Below the pieces are notes generated by a model. That model did not search any database, was not told the DNA's origin, and was given only the letters and a program-made list of their open reading frames with translations. A program made the translations under genes and the position numbers. From Camelus ferus (Eukaryota), in contig NC_045696.1 of assembly GCF_009834535.1 (NCBI RefSeq), positions 101,310,001 through 101,374,000 on the forward strand: a DNA stretch of 64,000 nt. The letters run 5' to 3'. Below, in pieces: positions 1 to 11,921 of the stretch (its first letter is position 1; each line of letters begins with the position of its first letter).

Positions 1-239
1 GATCGTGATAAAAAAAAATTTGGATTTTATTACAAATTCACTGGTAGATTGTGGGAAAGCAGTGTCAGCCAGACTAGCCAAAGACAGATAGCAAGGGTGA
101 GGTTGAAATTAAACAAGAAAATAAAATTTTATGGTGTTTAAATTCCTAAATACTTCTACTGCTAACACTTAAAATTAGTAAGCCCGTATGGTAACAAGCT
201 TGCTTGTAAAGTTCTCGTGCACTTTAAAAAAAAAGTTAT

Positions 240-660
240 TTCCAACTCTGTGACATTCAAGAAAACTCAAAACTACAGAGACAGTAAAAAGATCAGTGGC
301 TGCCAGATGCTTTCGGGGAAGGAGAGATAAATAGAGGGAGCAAACTGGATAGATTTTTAGGGCAGTGAAACTATTCTGTATGATACTATATTGGTGGTTC
401 CATAACATTACATATTTGCCAAAACCCATAAAAAGTATAACACCGAACACAAACCCTAATGAAAACTATAGACGTAGGGCAAGAGTGAGGTGCCAATGTT
501 TATTCATTGATTGCAACAAATATAGCATTTTGGCGGGAGATTTGATGGTGGGGGACGCTGTGCCTGTGTATGGGGAGGAGTATATGGAAACTCTGTGTAC
601 TTTCTGCTCATTTTTGTTGTGAACCCAAAACTCCTCTTAAAAAAAGTCTCTATAAAAAAA
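240..660 (+). mobile_element. Ancient LINE-1 3' end (L1MC-type)
   Basis: Contains 'tttttagggcagtgaaactattctgtatgatacta', 'aaaacccataaaaagtataacacc' and terminal 'ctctgtgtactttctgctcatttttgttgtgaacccaaaactcctcttaaaaaaaagtc' plus an A-rich tail; resembles the L1MC 3' UTR consensus as recalled. Confidence 0.8.
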
Positions 661-874
661 GTTTTTATTGTTGTCAGTTTGGCATTGGGTATCTAAAACC
701 ATGAAACTATTCGTGTATTTTTATTTGGGAAATTTATTTCTACATTATCTCCCCACAAAATAATAAAAACTACACAAAATTTTTGTTAAAAACTTTTAAA
801 TCTTATAACATTTTAAAATAAAGAAACTAGAAATAACCAAAGTTTCCTGTACTAGCAGAATGGGGAAACTAATT

Positions 875-1460
875 ATAGCCCAGTCCAACACCACAGAGTT
901 CATGCTGATTTTATCCCTTTTCACATTTATAATTCCCTTCTTAGACAATTAGAGAACTAGTGCCCATTGTCCTTCACGAGTTTATTTGTTCAGTTTCCTG
1001 TAGGAGAACAAAAAAAATGTCCAATCCCTACTAAACTCCTCCTTCAGACATGTGCCCTCCTCATCTTATTTGGGCTGAGAAATTTCCAGATGGGCCACTG
1101 TCACCACCCCACCACTTAATGGACCCTCTTCTCATCCTGTGCAGCCTTCAACACCCCATGCCAGGCAGCCCTCCCTGCACACAATCTCCTCACCCTTCCA
1201 GGGCTCCAACACTACACACAGCTCTGCCTCCTGTAAAGACACTTCTTCAATCCTCTTGGACTTTGACACCACATGCCAGGTATGCCCCACCACAGACATC
1301 CTCCTCAACCTGCTTGAGCTCTGCCATCGTCACTGGGCTGTATTTCTACAGGGACATCCTTTCAGCCCTGGCTCTCGTACCCTGTGTTGGCTGCCTTTCA
1401 GCGTGGTTAGCTTCCTGACCACACTCAAGCTCTGACACCCCCATGCTGGACTGCATACAG
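875..1460 (-). mobile_element. Ancient LINE-1 3' UTR fragment (L1MC4/L1MD-like) including a degenerate ~57-bp internal tandem array (about 1050-1455)
   Basis: 'cagtccaacaccacagagtttcatgctg...cccttcttagacaattagagaac' resembles the reverse strand of L1MC4/L1MD 3' ends. It is followed by about 7 diverged units of the form 'acatcctcctcaacctgcttgagctctgacaccccatgccagg'. Confidence 0.6.
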
Positions 1461-4134
1461 TCTCTAAATCTCAAGCCAATATAGCGCACTATTCAAACTG
1501 AATTATGCTAGCTCTACTATTCTAAAAGAAACAGGAGACAGACAGACAGAAAGAGACAGATGAAGAACAGAAAGAAGACACACTGATTTTTTTAAATGTA
1601 CTGATGAGAATCAGTACATTGTACAGTACAATGCACAGGAGGAAAAATGATCATAACTTCAAAATGTAAACCACATAACTTGCTTTAGCAAAGTAATGAT
1701 TTTTAATGCATGTTATAAAATTTCTGTTATACCTTTCATATTTAGTAATTATAACATTTTATATGTATGTGTGTATGTATAAATATATATACATACTCAA
1801 TTGTTCCAATGTTAACAGCTTAAACTCTTGACTAAATATTAAATGATTAATTATTCAAATATTAAGTAATTTATTTTTTGCTGACCATGATTTAAGAATG
1901 TGTACTTGGCCAGCATTCTAAAGAGAAATACCAACAAAAAGACACATGTGCACAACAATAATTTTCTGTAAAAGAAGGTAGCTTTGCACAAGTTTACAAA
2001 CATGAGCAAAGTCCTTTTAACATATCATTTCAAAGGACATGTGGTCGTACTCTTTCATGCTAATATATATATATATATACTTGCTAAATATTTATAAATT
2101 TAACTTTAAGTATAAATTTTATATTTAAGAAAAACAACAAAATACATTTCAAGCAATTTTAAAGCTGCAAAGGAACTTAGAATTCAGTAATATGTGTGAT
2201 AGAAATATAAATAAGTTAAGACCATGCTCTCCAGGAATTCACATTCTGCTCAGTGAGGCAGAAAGTAAACAGTAGATCATTACAAAACAACACGAGATTG
2301 AAAAATTGTGATAAAATAATGAGTTGAGAAGAAAATATCGAAGGAATAATCATGACTTTGGAAATGATACTTTCTAATACTATCAGTGAATCTAAGAAGA
2401 AGAAAATCTGAATGACTTTCTCATAATCCCAAATGTTCAATGCTAGAACTGAGATCAGAATAAATTATTTCCTCATATATCCTGGGTTATTTTCCCTTCC
2501 TTTCCAGTATATCATAGGAAGTTTAATAGCAGACATTTTTAGCTAGGAAATATCTTGGAATATAGTTATTTTTTATACTAGATTAAAGCATTTCACAAAA
2601 TCATCAAATGTTCAATAAATCATTCCATACCTAATAGTTTTATTCTTTTCATTGTGGTTCAAATAAGCGACAGAACTAGAAACTACATGGATATCTGTAA
2701 AACATTTTATATCACACACACATGCACACACACACACTGAGGACAGTAAGGAACTAGTTGCAGTGAAGCATTTAATAATAAAGGGTATAACTTCTGCACA
2801 CTCAGCATATTCCCTTCTGAGATGTTAATGAGGTGGAAAATTAAAAGAAATAACGGCACATGGGTCTTGCAATGTTTTCTAACCCCTTTAGTCCTTTGGT
2901 GCTTCCTTTTTCTCTGATTCTTGCTGGACAGTGTTTACTGTGGTGTTGATATAAACATTTATCATTGTGCAAGTGAGAAAGTGTAAATTCCTACTGAGTC
3001 CTTGACTCAACTGATGCCCACCTGGGAAGATTAATGGAGATTGATTTTTCCTTTCTCCTTTTATAAATGTCTTTCATTCAAGTTTTCAAATCTGATTTTT
3101 AAAAAGCTCTCATAACCTTCTATAAGTTTTAAAGTATTTATTTATTTTTGCCTCCAGTGAGTGGTGTACAAGCTTTTAGCTCAAAATCAGCTTGATAAAG
3201 AAAAACGGCAGGAAATGAAGCCACATTGAAAATAAAAAAATGTTGGTAATTGGGGTTAGAGAACTTAAGTATTTTCTACTAAGTATTTTCAGCCTTTCTA
3301 AAACAACTCTGTTGCAATAAATTCCAAGGCCAAGTTCAAATGTGAAGCACCATAATTGGTTGTATTTTGCAAATACAAACATAAGTACCTGCTGCAGAGC
3401 TGTGGTTACTGACCACTGTATTGAGCAGAGAATGATGATGCATACAGATTAGCATCATTTAGAGTCATATTTTAGATTTGTTAAAGCAAGTGCTATGCTT
3501 TTAGTGCTTATTTGGCTACCCTTTCTTTTTTTGTTATTTTTTAAATTTTTTATTCAGCTACCCTTTCAACATCACAACTGCCTAAGTAGTTCATGTAACC
3601 TAAAAGAGGTAATCATAAAAATACAAGTCAAATTGAGTAGCAGCATTCAAAGGATAAATAAGGCTTCCTTCAAACAATAAAAACAGAAAAAGATACATTT
3701 TATTTAAATCTTAACAGATTGTTTTTTAATTTCCATTGCAGAGCTAAATAAAGAAAGCAGAAAATACTTGTGTTCAGTTTACGACCCTAGATCTCACACA
3801 CACTAAAAAACTGTTAATGAAGTACTATACATAACATCCAATGCTTTTTATGAAGAGTGTGCACAACATCCTGTATGTGAGTGTATGGATAATATTAAGT
3901 GTATGAAAAATATGTAGGTATATCGATAACGTGATTGTACGGATAATATATGTAAGTTGGCTATCGAGCTAGTAATAATGAGGTTGACTATTGTTTTTTG
4001 TTTGTTTGTTTCAGTTAATGTTAATTTTCAAATGGTCTTAAGCTAAAATGATATTTGTTTCTCCCTTCATTCCTCACTTGGAACTCAAGGAGGTTAATCA
4101 TACTCTTTTTTTTATGATACACTCTCATTCATGA

Positions 4135-4372
4135 ATGATCATTATCAATAATAACTTTGCATGTCAGTGATTTAAATGTACCAATTAAAGTGGGGATTGT
4201 CATAGTGAATCAAAACATGAGATCCAACTATACCTTGTCTGCAAGAAACCCACTTATATAAAGACACATGTACTTTAAAAGTAAGTGGAAGGAGAAAGAC
4301 GTACCATGATAACACAAACTAAAAGAAAGTGTGAGTAGCTATAATAATTTTGGACAAAGTAGACTTCAGAGC
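4135..4372 (+). mobile_element. LINE-1 ORF2 endonuclease-region fragment (decayed)
   Basis: 'tcaataataactttgcatgt...ttaaatgtaccaattaaa', 'ccaactataccttgtctgcaagaaacccac' (CLQETH) and 'gtagctataataattttggacaaagtagacttc' (VAIIILDKVDF) are hallmark L1 EN motifs; the frame is broken. Confidence 0.85.
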
Positions 4373-4399
4373 TACCTGGAGCCTATGCTCACTGTGCCA

Positions 4400-5175
4400 C
4401 TAAGTCTGTTCTTGTAGACTTAGGTGCCAAGAAAGAATCCAGGAGCTCACATTCACTGGATGCTCCTATTTTCTCAACTGCCACCACAGTTCTGTCAATA
4501 TTACTACTACCACCACTGTTTCTGTTACTACTGCTATTAATAATGCCATTGCCCTGTCTTATTAGCACCCTGCCAGAGGGGAAAGCAGCAATCATTAAAA
4601 AGTGGCATTTTTCTTTTTTTTCCTTCCTTCCATTAGCTGAAATGAGCAGGAAATCAGCTGGTAAAGGCATCCGGGAAATGTAGTCTGCAGAAATCCTACG
4701 TGGTGGGAGAGGGGAAGTTATAGAAAAGCAAGGGTGGATATGAGAGGCAACAGATGCTTTCCAGTATAGTCAAACTCTCTAACACTTGGAATCCCGTACA
4801 TCCTTCTACCCATATCTAATCATTTCTGTAATAACAGTAAACACCACATCATGCTTTTGAATTACAAAAAGCAACCAGTCTTCATACTATGATGTATTCT
4901 CCCCAGATTGGCCCAAGACTCCATGATTCATCTCTAGAAATGTTAATTCCCCTACAGTCACAATCATGTCTAGATAGTCTGCAACATGAAAACCAAATTA
5001 ACCACAGACAACTTTATTTAAAATAATAGGGAAAAGGGAGAGAAATAAAATGCCTAATATAAAAAATATGTGTATAGTATACAAAGTAGAAAATACCTAT
5101 TATACTCCTTATTTCTGTAACTGGTCTCAAGGTCATAGTTTTTATCTATCACTTCCATCTTTTATTCCCCATTCT
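4400..5175 (-). mobile_element. Old MaLR element: MLT1 (H/I/J-like) LTR plus adjacent internal sequence
   Basis: 'aaatcagctggtaaaggcatccgggaaatgtagtctgcag' is typical of old MLT1 LTRs; 'tctgtaactggtctcaaggtcatagtttttatctatcacttcc' resembles MLT1-int. Confidence 0.55.
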
Positions 5176-6224
5176 AGAAAGTGTCAGTAATGTAATATAT
5201 GGATTCATGAAAAACTCACTGGCACATAAATGCTAAAATGCTAAAATTCAGCATGTGATTTTTTTTCAATCTTTCATTACAAACAACAGAAATTAGAGAA
5301 TTGAGCATGTAAGACATTTCCATTGAAATCATTTGCCTCAAAAAGCCTGGCAGATAAAGTATGAATAATGATCCTATTTCTGTTTTCTCCTGTGAGCCAT
5401 TACGATCACAGTGGAAGTGACACTAAAATACATTTCCATTGAATTCATGCCTATTGAAACAGAGCCTTAATGATACCAAGGTTTTTCTACTTTTTAACAT
5501 TTGAGTATATTATTAAAATTCAGTGAAGTGCACACCAGTGGTATATCCTTCACTGAATTTTGCACTGTTACCTTCTTCCTAATAAACCATTCATTCTTGG
5601 TGTTCTTTCATACATAAGTCAGGTATTCATAAAGGTGTCATTTAAAAAGCATAGTGCAATGATGCCAGATGAAACAAGTTGGAAGGGCAAAGTGCAAAAC
5701 TGCTTGCTTCCTGCAAAGTACCATGGACAAATAAAAATGATTGGATATCAATTATATAATTGTATCAAAATAGATGCAGAATATAAATAATTAATTATAA
5801 ACTATAAATTTTGCTGTGTGGTAATTGAATGGTTAGGCAGAAAGGGTGGGAAAGAGTTGTGGACTGACCCTGAAAAGAGAAATCCCATGTCCCAAAAAAG
5901 ACCCATTCTAGAATATGAAGTTGGAAGAATCCTCATCAGTTAAGAGATTTAAATAACATTTAAAGGATACTTCAGAATGCGAAAGAAAAAAGAAAGTGAC
6001 AGAAGACAGGAACAACTGCCAAAAAGAAAAAAAAGAAGAAAATTAAAAGAAACAGCTTAAAGCAACAATAACAAGTAGCTGATATAGAATAAAATTAAAT
6101 ACTAATATACATTTTGACTTTTTGCCAATAAGTAACTATTTACATGTGAAACAGTTTTAACATTATCTCTACTACATTGTAAGCGCTTAATAATTTTAGT
6201 AATAATTTGATAGAAACCGTCTGC

Positions 6225-6660
6225 CTGGAGTTTCTTAAAATTTCAACCACTAGATCTACAAACCTAATTTGTCATATCCCTTCCTTTCATAATAAAGGAA
6301 TGTACCAATGGTTGTGCCCTTCCTCCTATTTTATAAAGGCAGGAGTACTTCACTCTCCAGCCCTAAACCTAATCTGAGCTCAAACCCGAGTTCTCATTGT
6401 CTTTTCCCTGAGTAATCAATGCACTACTGTACTTTTGGCATTATGTGAGACATGCTCTTCTAGTCTCCTATCTTAAAATTTATCCTTTAAAACTCATACC
6501 ATTTCTAAATACCAGTAACAAGTTGGAAAGACTTGTCCAACTACTTTCTTATCACCACTCAATTTCAAACTAAATCAAAATGTGTTTCTCTTTCCGTGTT
6601 CCATGGAAAACAATCAATCTTATGCAGTTCTAAACCAATTAGGTACTTTTTCACTTATTA
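6225..6660 (+). mobile_element. LINE-2 fragment (highly decayed)
   Basis: Pyrimidine-rich L2-like texture, e.g. 'accactagatctacaaaccta', 'catgctcttctagtctcctatcttaaaa'. Confidence 0.35.
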
Positions 6661-7332
6661 GCCTTTCCAATGATTGCAGCTTCCTCATCACAGAGTTGTC
6701 TGATGTCAGACCATGTCTGCAGCATGGTTTTTATCATTATTTCTGAAATCAAGCCTCCAAACTAATTCTCCAGAACTCTTAATCATGCTCCTTGGAAAAG
6801 AATAGTCTAAAGTGCGAAGTGGGGCTTAGGTCCCCAAAGAGAATTTCCAGATCCTTCAGTTGGGATGGTAAAATTAGGAATGAATTTTATCTTGAGGACT
6901 CCTGGAGTCTAGTTCAGACTGGAAGAATGTCTCTGTAGATGTAAACAGATTATAACCAAAGTTTTAAGGTATCTTAAGGTAGCTGAGAAATTTTGGAACT
7001 CTCACACAGTAGCTTCTTGAGGAAGGAAAAAAAATTAGCATATCACAAGGAAAAAAGATAAAGTTTTTCATTTTTAACAGTTAATAACTCTTCTCCAACA
7101 TGAGAAAATTAATCTTTGTTTTTATAGACTCCTCTTAAGAAAAGGAGTTGTTACCTTGGAGATTTATGATTTCTGCAAGATAATTGAGTGAAGAAAAAAA
7201 TGATGCTCAGAGGACAAAAGCTTAGAAATTATTTTCTGTGTGGAATAATCACCCTGAAAAAGTATAAAAGTTAAAAATGCTAAAGTGAAGTTTCTATTGG
7301 TAAAAATATTAAAAGGAAATTTTATTTTGCAA

Positions 7333-7490
7333 CCTTTTTGTAGCAGATTTACTGACGTATAATTTACATAGTATAAAATGTAACTATTGTAAAGCACAAC
7401 GATTTTCAGTTGCTTCATCGTGTTGTGCAGTAATCACCGTTGTTCAGCTTTAGAATATTTTTATCACACCCAAAAAGTTTCCTCACAACA
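7333..7490 (-). mobile_element. Old LINE-1 3' terminus (L1MB/L1ME-type)
   Basis: 'tttactgacgtataatttacatagtataaaatgtaactattgtaaag...gttgtgcagtaatcacc...tttagaatatttttatcacacccaaaaag' resembles the reverse-strand L1 3' end. Confidence 0.75.
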
Positions 7491-7689
7491 TAGGTTAGTG
7501 GTCAGGCTAAGATTGTGCTCAATCACTAGAGCCCAGAATGCTTCCCCTCTTTTTTTAAGGGTAAGAAATTAAACTTTTATCAACACACAAATGACTTCAT
7601 TTAAAAGCAGCTCAGTTACAATTTTATTTAAAGTTTTAGAGCCTTTCCCCACTGATGTCCATAAACTAGAATGGGTTCACGTGAAACCC

Positions 7690-8320
7690 GCAGTCTGACC
7701 TAGGAGCATCAATAAGTGGTGGTCTAGGTACTTGGAGATTGAGCTGTATGTGTGTTGGGGAGCATATCCAAAGTGTGGGAAATTTTAATGTCTGCCTCAG
7801 ATTTTACTTTCTATCAGGCTTCTCTGGTCCCCCAACACACATTTACATAGTTCTCAGGCAGCCAGGGAATTATGGAGAACTTATCTAGCCCTTATATGAA
7901 TCCTTCATTTCCAGGATCCCCCCATTAAATTTCCATCTTTCCTCCACTTGCGTCAGAGGGTATAGCAACCTCAAACTAGTTGAGCTGTGGTCTCCCCATT
8001 TGTTTTCTACCAAACTTGCTACTCTTAATGCAAATTTTACTAGGCAGAGGTTTGTCCTCCCCTCTATCGTGGGTCAGTTCCCTCTGAAAGCAAATCTACT
8101 GGTTTTCATGGTCATCCCTGCCTTGATAAACCCCCCTTTTCCACAGAGCAGTAGAGCTGATCCATGCAGGATGACTGCCGATCCTGCTTTTCTTACCTGG
8201 AGTTTATGAACAAGCCCTTCTCAATCTGTTAGCCTTTGGTCAACTTCCAAACCATGAAATGGTTGTAACAATTTTTGTCCAGTTTTATGCTTGTTTGTGT
8301 GGGGGAGGTTTGCCAACCAC
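7690..8320 (-). mobile_element. Old LINE-1 5' region fragment (L1M/L1ME 5' end)
   Basis: 'tctgcctcagattttactttc', 'ccttcatttccaggatc' and 'ttttgtccagttttatgcttgtttgtgtgggggagg' resemble reverse-strand ancient L1 5' ends. Confidence 0.45.
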
Positions 8321-8327
8321 TTTATTC

Positions 8328-8420
8328 CTTTGTAAATCCCCCAAATTTCTCCTTTTCTCTTTGTAAATCCCCCAAATTTCTCCTTTTCTCTTTGTAAATC
8401 CCCCAAATTTCTCCTTTTCT
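8328..8420. repeat. Perfect tandem repeat, 3 x 31 bp (ctttgtaaatcccccaaatttctccttttct)
   Basis: Three identical head-to-tail copies at 8328-8358, 8359-8389 and 8390-8420, read directly. Confidence 0.95.
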
Positions 8421-9149
8421 CCTTTTAAGACATTGAGATTACATATGTGATCTTACCTAAAGAATAAATGTATAATCTAAAATATACAAAAAGTATTAAT
8501 ATGAATAATTCCAGGATTACCAAGTATTGGTGAGTATACTGAAATGGCCACAACAGTTTTAGAACAGTATTGATCAATTTCTGTGTTGCAGACATGGCAT
8601 TAAGGAAGAGATGTTCTTGCTGGACTGGGGCCAAATGAGATAGAGAGAGAAAAGAAAAATACGCTTTATTTTTCCAAATTTAAAAATCATCTGAAATAAT
8701 ATACTTTCCCCATAGTGTTACTTTAGGGAATGAAGGATGAAACCTCACTGAATAGTGAGACTCAGCTGATTCCCCGCAACTCAGCTCTCAAATTACTGCA
8801 ACCAATCTTCTGTTCCCCAGGCAAAGGTTTGCAGGATCACTCTCAAGGGAAACTGAGCAGTTTCAAACAAACATCCTACAGTTTCTGACATTTCAGTGTC
8901 CCCATGAAGTGGTCAAGTCACCTGCGGGATAGTCTAGCTATGCAAAAAAAAATCCTCCCATCAGTATCTTAATAATTCCATTTTAAATACTGCATGAAAT
9001 AAACAAATGGAGAAAAATAACAGTAGATTAGTTAAGTCTCTAAGCATACAATTTAAAAACCAAAATAGGAAAGAAACAAACAAACAAAAAAACCCACAAA
9101 AAAACAACCAACTTAAAAATTTAATTAGGAACATGCAGGCACATTGCAT

Positions 9150-9455
9150 TGGGAGCAGAAGAAAACTTGAAAAATCAGTAATTATGATTAATAGCCTCAG
9201 AGAGATTAAAACGAATGCATTGTATCCATGTAACTAGAACAGAAAGTTCTCTAAAAGGAGGGGGAGAAAAAACCTCTTGGAAATACAAAAGCATGACAGA
9301 ATAAATTAACAATTCAGTAGATCAGCTGAAAGATAAAGCCAAGAAACATCCCTGGCAACAGAGAAAAAGGAAATGCAAAATATGAGAGCAAAAATGTCTA
9401 GAGAATTAATACAGATGATCCAATATTCAACTATAAATAAAATTCCAGAAAGGAA
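9150..9455 (+). mobile_element. HAL1 / ancient L1 ORF1 fragment
   Basis: 'aattcagtagatcagctgaaagataaagccaagaaacatccc...aaaatatgagagcaaaaatgtctagagaatta...tccaatattcaactataaataaaattccagaaagg' resembles the coiled-coil/RRM-start region of HAL1/L1 ORF1. Confidence 0.5.
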
Positions 9456-9459
9456 AAAA

Positions 9460-9535
9460 ATATATATGTATGTATGTGTGTATATATATAAAATACATAT
9501 ATATATATAAATATATATATATAATATATACACAC
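9460..9535. repeat. Imperfect (TA)n/(TG)n microsatellite
   Basis: tatatatgtatgtatgtgtgtatatatata...atatatatata...cacaca. Confidence 0.9.
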
Positions 9536-9589
9536 AAAATTGTCAAGGATATCAAAGATTGAGTGTGGGAGGGAGCAACAGACAATCAA

Positions 9590-9835
9590 AGAATGGGGTG
9601 GGGAAACATTCCAGGCAAAGGAGGAAAGAAATATGTGGCAAGGGGAATGACGTGACATAGTACCTAGGGAAAGTGACAAATAGTTTGTAGGACTGAAACG
9701 AAGGCTGTGCTTCAGAAGGAAGATGAGATATGGCTCAAGGTTTTCAGGAACCAATGCAAAATAAGCCTTGTTTGTTAAACTAAGTAGTTTGAGATTCACT
9801 CCAAAGTACCTGTGAGTCATGGATTTAATAAAGTT
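9590..9835 (-). mobile_element. LINE-2 fragment
   Basis: 'gggaaacattccaggcaaaggagg...' and 'gtttgagattcactccaaag' resemble reverse-strand L2. Confidence 0.5.
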
Positions 9836-11921
9836 AGAATAGCTGTTGGCTTTATTTTTTTTTTTTTTAAGTTTGCTCTCTTTTAAGAAAGTTTCAAAGT
9901 TACTATTTCTACCAAGGAGAAACTCGCAACATGCAGGCTGATAGTGGGTTATCACCTGCATTAGGAAGGTGGACTGAGGCTTGAAGCAGAGGTTACAGCA
10001 GCAGGTAAAAGGCTGCTGAGGACCCAGCAGCTCCAGAGAAGAGCAAGCAGAAAACTGAATCCTCTGAGGACACATCAAACACGTGCAAACCTCTAATGTC
10101 AGGAACCTCAGCAGAGAAGTTTACTTCGAATTAGGTGAACGGGCTAGGAGATGTGGGGAATGATTCTAATTTGCTGAAAAATGTATGCAGTTGAGCTTCA
10201 CTTTCTATTTAAGTTCATATTTGTAGTCACTGGGAATGAATTGGTGATAAATTTAATTCATGACATGAATTGTCTGGATTGGGGGATATAGAGGAAAAGC
10301 ATTGAGATTTTAAATGTTGGCTCCAGAGGCTGGGTGGGAAAGGCGTTGGCCTTGACTGCTCCCCCTCTGCTGGGCCTCCGGTAAGGCTTCTTGCTGCTGC
10401 TCATCTAACACCTAGTTGTTCTGCAGACGCCTCCACAGGCCTTTTGAAGGGGGATCCCAAGACCAAGCTTATTCTTGCTGACCTGCAGACTATGTCCTGT
10501 GAAAACAAGATGTGCTCTTAGTTTGTGCTAGTGGGTGACTCCGTGTTTCTTCCATCCCTCCTTGGTTCCAGCTTCCAGGAGACCCTTTTTTTTCCCCCCT
10601 CATAGTATGTTCAGTTTTCTTCTTCTGTTCAGCTGTTTTTTTGGAGTTATTTTAGTCAAGAGGAAAATACAAGTTAATATTAATAGAATCAAAGGGACAG
10701 TCTTCTTAGTACTGATTGATCTCTCACTAAGCTACACATAAGCTGAGGTTTAGAGAAGACCTTTCTGTTGTTTTGTTGTAATTTCTACCTATGAACATAA
10801 ATCAAAATAGGTCAGTGATGTGTGCTGGCCTGCTTGGTTGAGATGTCAACACTAATTCTTAGAGCTATGTTATTCCTCAACATACTGTCTATATATATAC
10901 ACACACATGCATACACCATATCTTAAATGTTTCCCTGTAGTAATATAGAACAAATTTCTTGAGTTCCCTATACATCAAAAAATACTGTTCCATTTACAAT
11001 ATTATCAATCATAGAATAATTAATAATATAGGAACTACCAACATATTTCAAGAAAAGTTGAGATAAAATAATTTAAGCTTGTAAATCTAAAATGCAATAG
11101 CTAAGAAGTAGACACTACTTATTAGTTTAAAATTAATTTTCAAACAAATTAAGTGAAAAATATCAGTGAATGCCATCTCAGCAAACATAAAAGCCCAAAT
11201 ATGATACATATTATTATTCTTATCTGAAAAATTAAGAAATGATATGCAAAAAAGCTTGAGTGACGCATCAGTGTGTGCACAATTGAAAATAGCAGATATA
11301 GGGACAATTTGGGTTTTCTAAATTCAGTTCCATATCCATTCTACTACATGGCATTATTTCCCCATTTGGATCCAAGCTATAAAATTATAACGATTCCATG
11401 TTTATACAAACAGGTATGGATAAACAAACACCAGCTATTTTGAGAAACTAATTTTCATGTGTTCAATAGCTTCATATATTCATTAGAGACTAATGCTAGC
11501 TCTAAGCAGTAGCAGAAAACATACTTTTCTCATATTAGTCTGTTAGCTGGTAATGTTCATTAATATTAAGATTTTAGCACCTCACTCACCAAAGTAGTGC
11601 AATACCTGCTTTCCATACCCTGATGCATAAAATGTGTTAGATCCTACTGGTTTTAAAATTTGCCTAAGGTTACGTACCTTAAAATGTTTTAAAATGTAAT
11701 TTAATGTGACTGAAAGTATAGTTGATTATTTTACTATTTACATCATCTCGTAAGGGTTTTCTTACTATAAATTATCAGTAAGTGGAAGTCCTTTACGAAG
11801 ACAACCCGAGAGATGTTCACGGATTACTTTACATGGAGAGCTTAGCTCTTAGTCCACCTCAGCTGTGCTCTTGGCTCCATTTCTGTAACTGCAACAGTGC
11901 ATAATGTTATATAGCCCTGAT

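Noticed and set aside
1050..1435. 122-aa and 98-aa Pro/Ser-rich ORFs as genes
   Set aside because: They coincide with the degenerate tandem array in an L1 3' UTR; C-rich repeats lack stops by composition.
2216..2440. 74-aa hydrophobic ORF as a membrane protein
   Set aside because: It is the T-rich strand of an A-rich, L2-like fragment; such sequence gives F/I/L-rich ORFs by chance.
7955..7975. 'gagggtatagc' as the start of a tRNA-derived camelid SINE or tRNA
   Set aside because: The match ends after about 11 nt; no B-box, cloverleaf or tail follows.
8328..8420. 31-bp direct repeats as a CRISPR array
   Set aside because: Copies are head-to-tail with no spacers, there are no cas genes, and the context is mammalian.
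9431..10078. Longest ORF (215 aa, minus strand) as a gene
   Set aside because: It runs through a polyA tract (KKKK), an L2 fragment and a TA microsatellite (YIYIYI); no domain recognised.
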